From contig OY730476.1 of the NCBI GenBank assembly GCA_963422735.1, forward strand, positions 1,088,001 through 1,152,000: 64,000 nt of DNA. Reading direction: 5' to 3'. The stretch comes from Candidatus Latescibacterota bacterium. GTDB taxonomy: Bacteria > Latescibacterota > UBA2968 > UBA8231. Position numbers and translations under genes: made by a program. The notes under the pieces are model-generated. The model was not told the DNA's origin and ran no database searches. It saw only the letters and a list, made by a program, of their open reading frames with translations. Positions 1 through 9,258 of the stretch are shown here, one piece after another; position 1 is the first letter of the stretch, and the number at the start of each line of letters is the position of its first letter.

Positions 1-1
1 G

Positions 2-1408
2 CTTGAAGACGTTGCTGCGCAGGCGAGACCTTCTTTTCCCTTTGCACTAGAGACCCCATACTATGGCCCGCTAGACGAATACTGGTCGAGTATCCACCGG
101 CAATACCGGGATCTCGCCGCTCGCGCAAAGCACGATCCCGCCGCCGCGAAGCTCTTCGCAGAATCCTACCTCTGGCTTAAGTCCGATCCTGCAGAAGCAA
201 GAGCGATCCTGCGGGAGCATCCCTTGCTGCGACCGGGACTGATAGGTTCGGGGAAGCGCGAAGGGGTCGGCTTCATCCTGTCCACGCACGATTGGTTCCA
301 CGTGGGACTAAAGTCCCTCGTATCCCACCTAGCCAAACGCGCTATGAAGGATAGCGGAGAGCAAGCAGCGAAACTGCTGCACCGCTACCTGACGGCCGGT
401 GAGGATGCAAATCTCCCGGCATACGAGATCACGCTCTTGCACGGCTTGAAACTCAACAGGCGCTTCGATCTTGGCAGCGAAGCCTATCTGGCGCCCTACG
501 AGGACGCCAAGGCGACGTACGGCCTGCCCGACGAACCCGAGAAATGGCTTAACGACGCTGACCGTAATCCGAGTCGGTCGAACCGTCCCGTGAGCCCGAC
601 CGCGCTCGTGCGTGGTCTAAGGTGGGGGCCAGGCATCGCACCCCGGCCGGACGATGACGGTTTTTCCAATAAGCCCCGCCGATCTTTCGCCCCGAAAGTC
701 AAGTACCGCTTCCCCGATGACTACCAGATCGACCTTGCGAACCGATTTGCAGACGACAACAAAGTCCTAGTTGATTTGCTGTCGATTGCAACGAGGAGTC
801 CGCTGATCTCCCACACGAGCTTTGTCCGCGTCGCCAAGTGGGTAGAGGAGCTTGATCCCAACTTCGCTTTCGGTTCTCGAAGCACCCCTGCCTACTTGTC
901 CGACGTATCGCCCAAGGAACATCAACTCTGCCAGTACGACGTGGCTGCTTTCGCTGCATTGGCGAGCCGCTGGTGTACCTATCGAGGCAGGCGCGATGTT
1001 ATCGACCTTGCGATCCGGCGACTCGCCGCCTCTTTCGCCCGGATCAGCGGCCCATTTAGTACGGAGGACCGAATCCTCGATGTCTCCATCGCCTTGGAGA
1101 TCATGTACGGTCCAATCAAACAGAAACTGGCCCAGCAACTGTCGGTCCGAGCAGAACGCCTGCTTGGCCAAGACTCCGGCAAACGCGGCTGGATATCCGA
1201 CAGAGTAAAATCCTTCTATGGAGTCCGTTCGGCCATCGTGCATGGGCAAAAAAAGATCAAAGGCGGCCAACGTGCTATCGACAAGACGCTGGAGGACGGA
1301 CGCGAGCTAGCCTGCCTCACGCTCGCGGAATTGCTGTCGCGAGGGCCGGTACGGGATTGGGACAAGCTCGCGGGCGAGAGAGAGGTATCTACAGAAGGCC
1401 AGAAGTGA
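2..1408 (+). CDS. HEPN-domain protein (ApeA-like C-terminal HEPN); 5' end lies outside the window
   Basis: The frame of ORF 224..1408 is open back to position 2 (LEDVAAQARPSF...). The C-terminus has DRILDVSIALEIMY followed by the RxxxxH motif FYGVRSAIVHG. Confidence 0.75.
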   Translation, partial: LEDVAAQARPSFPFALETPYYGPLDEYWSSIHRQYRDLAARAKHDPAAAKLFAESYLWLKSDPAEARAILREHPLLRPGLIGSGKREGVGFILSTHDWFHVGLKSLVSHLAKRAMKDSGEQAAKLLHRYLTAGEDANLPAYEITLLHGLKLNRRFDLGSEAYLAPYEDAKATYGLPDEPEKWLNDADRNPSRSNRPVSPTALVRGLRWGPGIAPRPDDDGFSNKPRRSFAPKVKYRFPDDYQIDLANRFADDNKVLVDLLSIATRSPLISHTSFVRVAKWVEELDPNFAFGSRSTPAYLSDVSPKEHQLCQYDVAAFAALASRWCTYRGRRDVIDLAIRRLAASFARISGPFSTEDRILDVSIALEIMYGPIKQKLAQQLSVRAERLLGQDSGKRGWISDRVKSFYGVRSAIVHGQKKIKGGQRAIDKTLEDGRELACLTLAELLSRGPVRDWDKLAGEREVSTEGQK

Positions 1409-1627
1409 TCCCTCCAATCTCGGTGGCCGGCCCGAGAAGACCATCGATGCCGGATCGCAACCAAGGGCGACCAGCATCCCTATGTTCACCACCGCACCCG
1501 TCACTCCAGTGTCGAGTGCTAAGCGGAGGCCCGCCTAAAGGCGCGGTGAAGCAGACAGCTTCTAAGGTACTAGGTTTACTTACTTGACACTATGGTTTCG
1601 CTCGATCCATGCGTGGTCAATTGTGCT

Positions 1628-2989
1628 CTACTGGCCCGGCACCCAGCCCTTTTGCCGCAGTTTATCTCCCAGCAATCCCAAACACTCGTCGATGATGGCC
1701 AAGGACTCGTCGAGCTGTTCTTGCGTAATGATAAGCGGTGGGTAAAAGCGCAAATCGTCTCCTTCGACCCAGTCGGCTCCCCCGCTAGTGCCCGAAATAG
1801 CCAGTCCCCGTTCCAAGGTGAGCTGAAGTACGCGCCGCGACGCTCCCCACTCGGGGGGAAATGGCTTGCGACTACAGCGATCCTGGACCAGTTCAATGCC
1901 CAGCATTAAGCCCTTGCCGCGCACTTGGCCGACGCAAGGATGGCGCGTCAAGCCCCGGGCTTTTTCCTGCAAATAGGCCCCGACTTGGGCGGCGTGTTCT
2001 ACTATACCTTCTTCTTCCAACAACTCCAGCACGGCCAAGCCAGCGCACATGGCCACTGGGTTGTTGACATAGGTAAAAACGTGCGGCAGGGCTTGGCCGC
2101 TGCGAGTGAGGCCCCGCTGCATCTGTTCGCTCAGCAATACCCCTCCCAAGGGCGCGTACCCACTGCTGGCCCCTTTGCCGAAAACAACCATATCGGGCAC
2201 CACATCCCAGTGCTCCATAGAAAAGAGTTTGCCGGTGCGGCCAAAGCCGGTGATGGTTTCGTCGGCGATAAAGAGGACATTGTGCTCGTCGCAGATTTGG
2301 CGGATGAGGGGGTAGTAATCGGGCGGCGGAACCCCGGCGGCGACCCCGGCCATGACCACCGGCTCGGCGATAAAGGCGGCGATATTGCCGGCCCCTACCT
2401 CGCGGATAGTCTCTTCTAACTGATAGGCGCAGGTCAAATTGCAGCGATCTTCGCAACCGGCAAAAGCGCAACGGTAGGGATAGCACGAAGCAATGTGCGG
2501 AAAAGCCGGTAAGTACGGTTCAAAGGGTGCTCGCAGCCCCGGCATTCCGGTAGCAGCCAAGGCACCCAAGGTAGCGCCGTGATAGCCGCGCCAGCGGCCA
2601 ATGATCTGGTGTTTTTGCGCCTGATCCCGCTGCAAATGGTACAAGCGGGCCAGTTTAATGGCTGTCTCCACGCCTTCGGATCCGCCCGAGACAAAGTACG
2701 CGTAGTTCAAATCTCCGGGGGCCAGTTCGGCCAAGCGGCGGGCGTAATCAAGGGCCGGCTGGTTGGTAAAGAACGTCGAAAAGCAATAGGCTAACTCCCG
2801 TCCCTGGGCGGCCATGGCCTCGACGACTGCATGACGGCCGTGGCCCAAGGTGACGTTGCCGGCCCCGGCCGTGCCGTCGATATAGCACCTGCCGGTTTCG
2901 TCGTACAAGTAAATCCCCTCGCCCTTGACGAGGACCGGGTACGTGTATTGCGGGTCGCGGTGGAGGAGTGCTGGGTTGGTGGCGGTCAT
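1628..2989 (-). CDS. Class III PLP-dependent aminotransferase
   Basis: 453 aa with SGGSEGVETAIK, YHGATLG and the PLP signature LFIADETITGFGRTG...DMVVFGKG. Confidence 0.93.
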   Translation of the reverse strand: MTATNPALLHRDPQYTYPVLVKGEGIYLYDETGRCYIDGTAGAGNVTLGHGRHAVVEAMAAQGRELAYCFSTFFTNQPALDYARRLAELAPGDLNYAYFVSGGSEGVETAIKLARLYHLQRDQAQKHQIIGRWRGYHGATLGALAATGMPGLRAPFEPYLPAFPHIASCYPYRCAFAGCEDRCNLTCAYQLEETIREVGAGNIAAFIAEPVVMAGVAAGVPPPDYYPLIRQICDEHNVLFIADETITGFGRTGKLFSMEHWDVVPDMVVFGKGASSGYAPLGGVLLSEQMQRGLTRSGQALPHVFTYVNNPVAMCAGLAVLELLEEEGIVEHAAQVGAYLQEKARGLTRHPCVGQVRGKGLMLGIELVQDRCSRKPFPPEWGASRRVLQLTLERGLAISGTSGGADWVEGDDLRFYPPLIITQEQLDESLAIIDECLGLLGDKLRQKGWVPGQ

Positions 2990-2991
2990 CT

Positions 2992-4095
2992 TTATCTATC
3001 CTTATTTAATTGCAACAACGCCTCGCGCAGCACCTTCGCAAGGGCTTGCCGCTCGGCTGCGGGTCCCACAGTCAGGCGAATGCAGCGGTCAAGGGGAGCC
3101 ACGCCCGGCATCCGCACAAAGACCCCGTGCTGCAAGAGCACCTGCATCAGGCACCGCGCACGCTCGCCACGGCCCACGTCGAGCGCCACGAAATTGGTCG
3201 CCGAGGGTACTGTTTTCAGTCCTAATTCCGCCGCCAACGCCGCGTACTCCCGCCGGCCTTCCTCTACTTGCTGCACCACCGAATGCACAAACTCGTCGTC
3301 GGCCAGCGAAGCGAGCGCTCCAGCTTGGGCGATGCGGTTGACGCCGAAGTGATTGCGGACCTTGGAGAGCGCGGCCGCCAAGTCGCGGTGCGTCAGCGCA
3401 TAGCCGACCCTAGCCCCGGCCATGCCGTGCGCCTTGGAAAATGTCCGCAACCGCACCACCTGTGCTCGCTCCGCGTCCAGCGGTAGGTACGCCTCTGCGG
3501 GCGCGAAGTCGATATAGGCCTCGTCGAGCAGGAACACACAGTCAGGCGGCAACTGCGCGATAAAATCCCGCAATTCATCGGCCCGCTGATAGGTGCCCAT
3601 GGGATTGTCCGGGTTGGCCACGTAGATCAGCTTGGGGCGCACTTGCCGCGCCTTGGCCAGCAAGGCCGGCAAATCCTCCCGATCCGCTCGATATGGCACC
3701 TTGTGCAATATCGCCCCGTGCCCCTCGACATGGTAATTGAACGTGGGATAAGCCCCCAGCGACGTCACCACCGCGTCGCCCGGCTCGGCAAAGAGGCGCA
3801 CCAAAAGCCCTAGCAATTCATCAATGCCCGCGCCCAAGGCGACCTCTTCACGCGCCACCCCGTGCCGCACCGCCAGCGCCGAGCGCAGCTCGTACCCCTC
3901 CGGGTCGTTGTACCAATGCACTTGATCCACCGCCTCCACCATGGCCTGCCGCGCCCGCGGCGAGATCCCGAAATTGCTCTCGTTGGCCCCAACCCGCAGG
4001 GCAAGCGGCTGCCCCTGTTGCCTTTCCAACGCCTCGGGCGGCACAAAGGGAATGGTCGGCGGCAGAGCGCGGACGATGTGCGTGAACGGTAGCAT
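2992..4095 (-). CDS. Class I/II PLP aminotransferase (histidinol-phosphate aminotransferase-like)
   Basis: Motifs GANES, NPDNPMG, LDEAY and RTFSKAHGMAGARVGY. Confidence 0.9.
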   Translation of the reverse strand: MLPFTHIVRALPPTIPFVPPEALERQQGQPLALRVGANESNFGISPRARQAMVEAVDQVHWYNDPEGYELRSALAVRHGVAREEVALGAGIDELLGLLVRLFAEPGDAVVTSLGAYPTFNYHVEGHGAILHKVPYRADREDLPALLAKARQVRPKLIYVANPDNPMGTYQRADELRDFIAQLPPDCVFLLDEAYIDFAPAEAYLPLDAERAQVVRLRTFSKAHGMAGARVGYALTHRDLAAALSKVRNHFGVNRIAQAGALASLADDEFVHSVVQQVEEGRREYAALAAELGLKTVPSATNFVALDVGRGERARCLMQVLLQHGVFVRMPGVAPLDRCIRLTVGPAAERQALAKVLREALLQLNKDR

Positions 4096-4098
4096 AGG

Positions 4099-4935
4099 TC
4101 AAGACCACACGTAGATTTCGTCGTCGTCTTCGGCATAGCCAATGAAGACGGCGAGCACCACTCGCGGATCGTCCCCCTGCACCGCTGGGACCTCGTGGAT
4201 GCAGCGCGTATTGAAGAAATACAGATCGCCCGGCTCGAGCGCGACCTCGCAGTGCTCCACGCCGTGTGCGGCCGCATACTCGTGGAAACGGCCCTCGGCG
4301 ATATGCGGCTGTATCTCCTCAGTCCACAGGCAACGGTGCAACACGGCTTGCACCCCGGGACCCGCAGAATCTGCGTTCTGAACGCAGAGCACGCCGGCAA
4401 ATTGGTGGGTAAAACGCACCACCTCATAGTTGAAGCGCTTTTCGCGCAGGACCACGTGGTCGATGTGCGGCTGATAGGCGTGAGTCTCGTAGTGGATGCG
4501 GAAGATGGCTGGGCCGTACAAGCGCCCGTCGTGCTCGCGCGCCGTCTTAACCGCTTTGTTGGGTGCCAACGCCTGCAAGTGGCGGTAGAGGAACTGTACC
4601 GGGTCGAGCAAACCCGCGAAGAGGGTGGCAAAAAGTTCGCGAGTCCCCTCTGCATGAGCGAGGAATGCCTCTTGGTCGCCGCCCATCTGGCCGAGGCTGG
4701 TACCAATGTCGATGCGCGTGCGCTCGTCGCCTAGGGTGCGCAGCAACCCGCGCTCGCCAAAGCGCTTCATCAGCCGCTGACAATCGACCGGCGTACAGAC
4801 CTCGGGCAGCAGGATTGCCGGTATATCTGCCCGGGCCAAGGCGCGGAGCGGGTCGCGGTGCGCGGCAAAAACCGCGGCGAGATCCGGGCCGCTGGGCTGC
4901 CAAGCGGCCCCGGTATGTACCTCTGGATATTTCAA
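4099..4935 (-). CDS. 2OG-Fe(II) oxygenase superfamily protein
   Basis: HxD (PHID) ... H (IHEV) ... R facial-triad pattern. Start moved to TTG at 4935, downstream of an AAGGAGGG RBS. Confidence 0.7.
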   Translation of the reverse strand: MKYPEVHTGAAWQPSGPDLAAVFAAHRDPLRALARADIPAILLPEVCTPVDCQRLMKRFGERGLLRTLGDERTRIDIGTSLGQMGGDQEAFLAHAEGTRELFATLFAGLLDPVQFLYRHLQALAPNKAVKTAREHDGRLYGPAIFRIHYETHAYQPHIDHVVLREKRFNYEVVRFTHQFAGVLCVQNADSAGPGVQAVLHRCLWTEEIQPHIAEGRFHEYAAAHGVEHCEVALEPGDLYFFNTRCIHEVPAVQGDDPRVVLAVFIGYAEDDDEIYVWS

Positions 4936-4964
4936 TGAGTCCCTCCTTTGGCATGTTGACAAGA

Positions 4965-5600
4965 ATCACATCCCCCACACCGCTATCGGCACCCCCCCTT
5001 CGGCTTCCTCGCGGCGATACACCTTGTCGTCCCACGATGTGTCCTCGCGGCGGTCGAAGAGCACCAAGTGCCCCTTCCACCGCCGCGCAGCGGTCCATGT
5101 AGGCGCGCGTCTGCGTCAGTCCTTCGCGCAGCGTCCGCTCGAAGCCCCCGTGCAGCACCTTGCACTCGATGACCACCTTCTTGCACCCTGCTGCCCACCG
5201 GCCACACCAGCAGCAAATCCGTCCGCATCCGACCGCGCTCAATGCGCCCGCCGCTGTTGACGACGCGCTGCAAAAACGCCTGTAGCAGCAACTGCGGACC
5301 GGCCTCTTTGTACTGGAATCGCTCCACCCAGTGCTCGGAGTGCTCGCGAAAAAATTCTTGGAACGCCGCCAGCAGCTTGTCCACCTCCAGCACCCAGTCG
5401 TCCGCGATATACCAAGCCGGATCGTCGTGAATCCCCATCTCCTGAGTGGTCCAGGTCAGGGCGCGCGGGATCACCTCCCGGTAGATCGGGTTGGCGATGG
5501 CCACCGGCTTGCCAAGGCCGACCAGACCGAGGTCGCGCACGTACGGCAGATCGTCGGTGGCAATCGCATCAGTATCGGCGGCACCGCTCAGCAGTGGCTC
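4965..5600 (-). pseudogene. C-terminal remnant of an AAA-ATPase / PD-(D/E)xK nuclease protein
   Basis: IANPIYREVIPR, YKEAGPQLLLQAFLQRVVNSGGRIER, GRMRTDL and VIECK are spread over shifting frames; the N-terminal ATPase domain is absent. Confidence 0.75.
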
Positions 5601-5701
5601 AGATACACCTTCTCGTCCTCGCAATGGCCGAGGAGTCCCACGGGCCGCCACCATGCACTCGCGGCGTTTTCTTCGTACGTTATTTTTTGCAAAAGGCTCC
5701 T

Positions 5702-6721
5702 ATGGATAGCGTTACGCAAATCGCGCTCGGCGCGGCCGTCGGCGAAAAGGTTTTAGGCAAAAAAGTTGGCAACAAGGCCCCCCTGTGGGGCGCGGCCGTC
5801 GGCATCCTCCCAGACCTCGACGTGTTGGGCGCGGCCTTTCTGTCGGGGACCGACCAGTTGGGCTTGCACCGCTGGGTGTCGCACTCCTTGCTCTTTGCGG
5901 TGGTCGGCGGCCTCGGAGTGGGGTGGGCGCTGTCCAAGCTACACCGCGCCGCGAGTGGGCGCGAGTGGGCCGCGCTGGCGTTCTGGGCGATTCTCACGCA
6001 CGCCCTCCTCGACTGCTTCACTGGGTATGGCACCCAATTGTTCAGTCCGTTCAGCAATTATCCGGTCGCTCTCAGTACCATCTTCGTTATAGACCCGCTC
6101 TATACCCTGCCCTTAGCCATTGGCCTCATCGCCGCCCTGTGTCAGCGGCGACGGCACTGGCGGCGGCGGCTCAACGCGCTGGGCCTCGGCTTGAGCACGG
6201 CGTACCTGCTTACTGCCGCCGCGATTTGCCTGCACGTGCGCAGCACCTTTGCTCACGCCCTCGCCGACCAAGGCATCGCCTACGAGCGCCTGTACGTCGC
6301 ACCGACCCCGTTCAACGCCGTGCTGTGGTCGGGCTTGGCCGGCGCGGACGACCACCTGTGGGCCGGGCTATACTCCCTGCTCGACGACGACTCGGCGATC
6401 CGCTTCCGCCGCATCGAGCGCAACACCCACCTCATCGCCCCCCGGCGCACCGACCCGCCCGTCCAGCGCCTGTTCTGGTTTTCTCGCGGGTACTATCGGG
6501 TGGAGCGCCGCGACGACGCACTTTACTTCCACGACCTGCGCTTTGGCCGCTCCGATTTCTACCTCGACTCCACTGGAGCATACCTCTTTTCGTTCTACCT
6601 GTTGCCGGACCCATCCCATCCCGAGCGCATCGCCGACATCCAGCGCACCAACAACCCGCTCAATGCCCAGCGCATGGACCAAGCCCTAAAGCGGCTCTGG
6701 CACCGCCTAACCGGCGACTAA
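5702..6721 (+). CDS. Membrane-bound metal-dependent hydrolase (YdjM-like)
   Basis: MDSVTQIALGAAVG start; PDLDV, HRWVSHSL and THALLDCFTGYGT motifs; several transmembrane segments. Confidence 0.88.
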   Translation: MDSVTQIALGAAVGEKVLGKKVGNKAPLWGAAVGILPDLDVLGAAFLSGTDQLGLHRWVSHSLLFAVVGGLGVGWALSKLHRAASGREWAALAFWAILTHALLDCFTGYGTQLFSPFSNYPVALSTIFVIDPLYTLPLAIGLIAALCQRRRHWRRRLNALGLGLSTAYLLTAAAICLHVRSTFAHALADQGIAYERLYVAPTPFNAVLWSGLAGADDHLWAGLYSLLDDDSAIRFRRIERNTHLIAPRRTDPPVQRLFWFSRGYYRVERRDDALYFHDLRFGRSDFYLDSTGAYLFSFYLLPDPSHPERIADIQRTNNPLNAQRMDQALKRLWHRLTGD

Positions 6722-7927
6722 CCCCCACGCCTGGTCAATGTCGCGTTGGTACGCGTCGATCTTGCCCGCCAGCACGTCGGCGACCTGTACCACCTGCCCG
6801 GACTGGCCGGATTCGTAGATAGCCTCGCTGACGGCCTTGCTGCGCAAGCCCTCCTCCGCGTCGATTTCCACCGGCCGCCCCTCGCTCAATGCGTCGATAA
6901 AATCCCACAACTCCAGCGTTACCCCGCCGGTGATCCCATAGGGAAAGAGTGCGTCCTTTGCCTCCTCGCTCAGGGTCGCCAAATACATCTCTTGCAGCTC
7001 GGACATGCTGTGCGTAGTACCGTCGGCGAGCTGACACTCGCCGCGCTGCTGAAAGGCGGCCGGGTGAAAGATGTCCGCGTCGAGGATCGATCCCTTCTCG
7101 CCGCTCAGCGCCAGTTGGGTAAAGCCCTTGCCCGGCGCACTAATGGTCCACGACCACGTGCCGATTAAGCCGCTTTTGAAGTTAAATATGCTGGTCCAGA
7201 AATCCTCGGACGCACTATCGACAATTTCCTCGCCTTTGCGATGGGGGCGCGGGTAGATCTGCTCAACCCGCGCGTACACGCTCTCGATCTCGCCAAACCA
7301 ATAGCGCATGGTGTCAACCCAGTGCGCCCCACTGTCCATGACCATGCCGCAGCCGCCTAGCTTGCGATCTATTCGCCAGTGCCAATTGGGCACTTGGGCC
7401 GGATCGTTCCACCCGGTCTGCACGGCCCACCACATTTTCGGCGCGCCCAACAGGCCGTCGTTGAAGGCCCAGTGGATGGTGCGCTGACCCAAGGAGCGGC
7501 GGCACTGCTCGGCCGTGGCAGCGACCCGCCCGCAGCGCTGCGCCGTCTGCGCGATCTTCTTCGAGGCCCGCACGGTGACCCCAATCGGCTTTTCGACCAG
7601 CACGTTAACCCCACCCTCTAACAGTTCGCAGGCCAGCACGTGGTGCAAGCCGTGCGGGCTGCATATATCGGCCCCGGCGAGCGCGTCTTCCCCATCGATC
7701 AGCTCGGCCACGCTCCCATAGGCGTTGACCTCCCAGCCGGTGAACCCGTTGATGCGCACGGCAAACTCCTCGGCGCGTGCGGCCACCTCATCTACAGCCG
7801 CGACAATGCGGAACCGCGTCTCTCCTTTTTCCAACAACTCTTCGTATCCCCGCAAGTGCGCCCCGGCCATGCCGCCGCAACCCACCATCGCCAATTGGAC
7901 GACCTCACCCCTCTTTTTTTTGCTCAT
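6707..7927 (-). CDS. Gfo/Idh/MocA family oxidoreductase
   Basis: VGCGGMA Rossmann motif, LVEKP and MDSGAHWVD. ATG at 7927 follows GGAGGGAG. Confidence 0.9.
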   Translation of the reverse strand: MSKKKRGEVVQLAMVGCGGMAGAHLRGYEELLEKGETRFRIVAAVDEVAARAEEFAVRINGFTGWEVNAYGSVAELIDGEDALAGADICSPHGLHHVLACELLEGGVNVLVEKPIGVTVRASKKIAQTAQRCGRVAATAEQCRRSLGQRTIHWAFNDGLLGAPKMWWAVQTGWNDPAQVPNWHWRIDRKLGGCGMVMDSGAHWVDTMRYWFGEIESVYARVEQIYPRPHRKGEEIVDSASEDFWTSIFNFKSGLIGTWSWTISAPGKGFTQLALSGEKGSILDADIFHPAAFQQRGECQLADGTTHSMSELQEMYLATLSEEAKDALFPYGITGGVTLELWDFIDALSEGRPVEIDAEEGLRSKAVSEAIYESGQSGQVVQVADVLAGKIDAYQRDIDQAWGLVAG

Positions 7928-8045
7928 TTCTCCCTCCACAGGTTGGCTTGTCGGCTACATACTATTCCCAAATGCAAACTGTGGCAAAGCGTCTATTCGT
8001 CCATTCGCCTGACTGCGTAACGCCGAAAACTAAAAAGCCTCTCCA

Positions 8046-8942
8046 TCACCATTCCAGCACCCCCGTCAAGAACGCCTCCACCCCAGCTTCATACGCGGCC
8101 GCATCCTCGCTAAAGGCCGAACTGTGTCCGCCCCGCAGCTCGGTAAATGCCTTGGGCTCGCCGGCGGCCTCGTACAGACGCTGGCCGTGAGCGAATGCAA
8201 TCAACTCGTCGTCGCGACTGTGAGAAATTAGCACCGGGCATTGGACCTGCTTTAGGTACTCTAGCGTGGGATACTCGTAGCGGGCGAGCAGGCCGATCGG
8301 AAAGAGCGGATACAGGTCTTGGCCCAGCTCGGACATGGAAGTAAAGGTCGCCTCTAAGAACAGGGCGGCCGGTGCCTTGTCTCGTGCCAACCGAGCAGCG
8401 ATCGGCCCGCCCAGCGAGCGAGCGATAATCGCAATTTGATCTGGGGCTAGCCCGGCCTCTTGCACCAAGTAGTTCCAAGCCGCCTCTGCATCGCGGTACG
8501 TGCCTTCCTCAGAGAGTGTGCCCTCGCTCTGGCCATAGCCTCGGTAGTCGAACAGCAAAATCCCCAACCCCAACCGGTGCGCGTCTTCGGCCACTGTAAG
8601 CAGATGCGATATGTTGCCCGCATTGCCGTGGCAAAAAAGCACGGTGCCCCGCGCATCGGCCAACGGCAGGTACCACCCCGCCAGCCGCACCCCGTCGCTG
8701 GCGACTAGCGCAACCTCTTCGTAGTGCATCCCAATCGCGGCCGGCGTGGTCTTGATCGCGGCCTCGGGCACGTAGATCAGCCTGCTCTGGAAGAGATAGA
8801 GCGCAATTCCAGCCAAGACATAGAACACCCCGACCAGCAGCACAATTCCCAGCGCAAGGCGTCCTATGGTACAACCAACGAGCGGTATAAAGGGCATCCG
8901 TATCAGGTCCTCCGGCTGAGTGGCTGGCCACTGGCGATTCAT
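8046..8942 (-). CDS. Alpha/beta hydrolase with N-terminal membrane anchor (start uncertain)
   Basis: HGNAGN, FDYRGYGQSEG, RSLGG nucleophile elbow, catalytic D (RDDELI) and H (GGHS). Confidence 0.88.
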   Translation of the reverse strand: MNRQWPATQPEDLIRMPFIPLVGCTIGRLALGIVLLVGVFYVLAGIALYLFQSRLIYVPEAAIKTTPAAIGMHYEEVALVASDGVRLAGWYLPLADARGTVLFCHGNAGNISHLLTVAEDAHRLGLGILLFDYRGYGQSEGTLSEEGTYRDAEAAWNYLVQEAGLAPDQIAIIARSLGGPIAARLARDKAPAALFLEATFTSMSELGQDLYPLFPIGLLARYEYPTLEYLKQVQCPVLISHSRDDELIAFAHGQRLYEAAGEPKAFTELRGGHSSAFSEDAAAYEAGVEAFLTGVLEW

Positions 8943-8950
8943 GCTATAAT
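8942..8950 (+). promoter_or_regulatory. Candidate extended -10 sigma70 promoter element
   Basis: TGCTATAAT is a perfect TGnTATAAT, pointing toward the MITE and the gene at 9259. Confidence 0.45.
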
Positions 8951-8956
8951 TGGGAT

Positions 8957-9181
8957 CGGACTTTCCTAGATGTTTAATCAGTGGTCAGTGATCAGTGGTC
9001 AGTGATCAGTGGTCAGTGATCAGTGATCAGTCCCATCCGCCCCCTTGGCGGCGGGTACCCGGCGACGGGCCACGGAACATCGACGCGGGGGACCGCGCTA
9101 GCCCGGACGAGATCTACGGGCAGGCCGAGTGATACCGCCTACATGAAACCGGAATCCCCAACCGTACACTAGGAAATTCCG
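8957..9181. mobile_element. Non-autonomous MITE, IS1595 family (ISNha5-like ends), 225 bp
   Basis: Left end CGGACTTTCCTAG and right end CTAGGAAATTCCG are inverted (12/13 match). An exact 8-bp direct repeat ATTGGGAT flanks it at 8949-8956 and 9182-9189. No transposase ORF. Confidence 0.85.
8977..9031 (+). repeat. Heptamer tandem array (RTCAGTG), about 8 units, inside MITE copy 1
   Basis: Read directly as alternating ATCAGTG and GTCAGTG units. Confidence 0.97.
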
Positions 9182-9258
9182 ATTGGGATTATTGGCACAC
9201 CTAAGATAAAAAACGCTACTTTAGGCCCTAAATACCTATTTCACCCCGAAAGCTCCCC

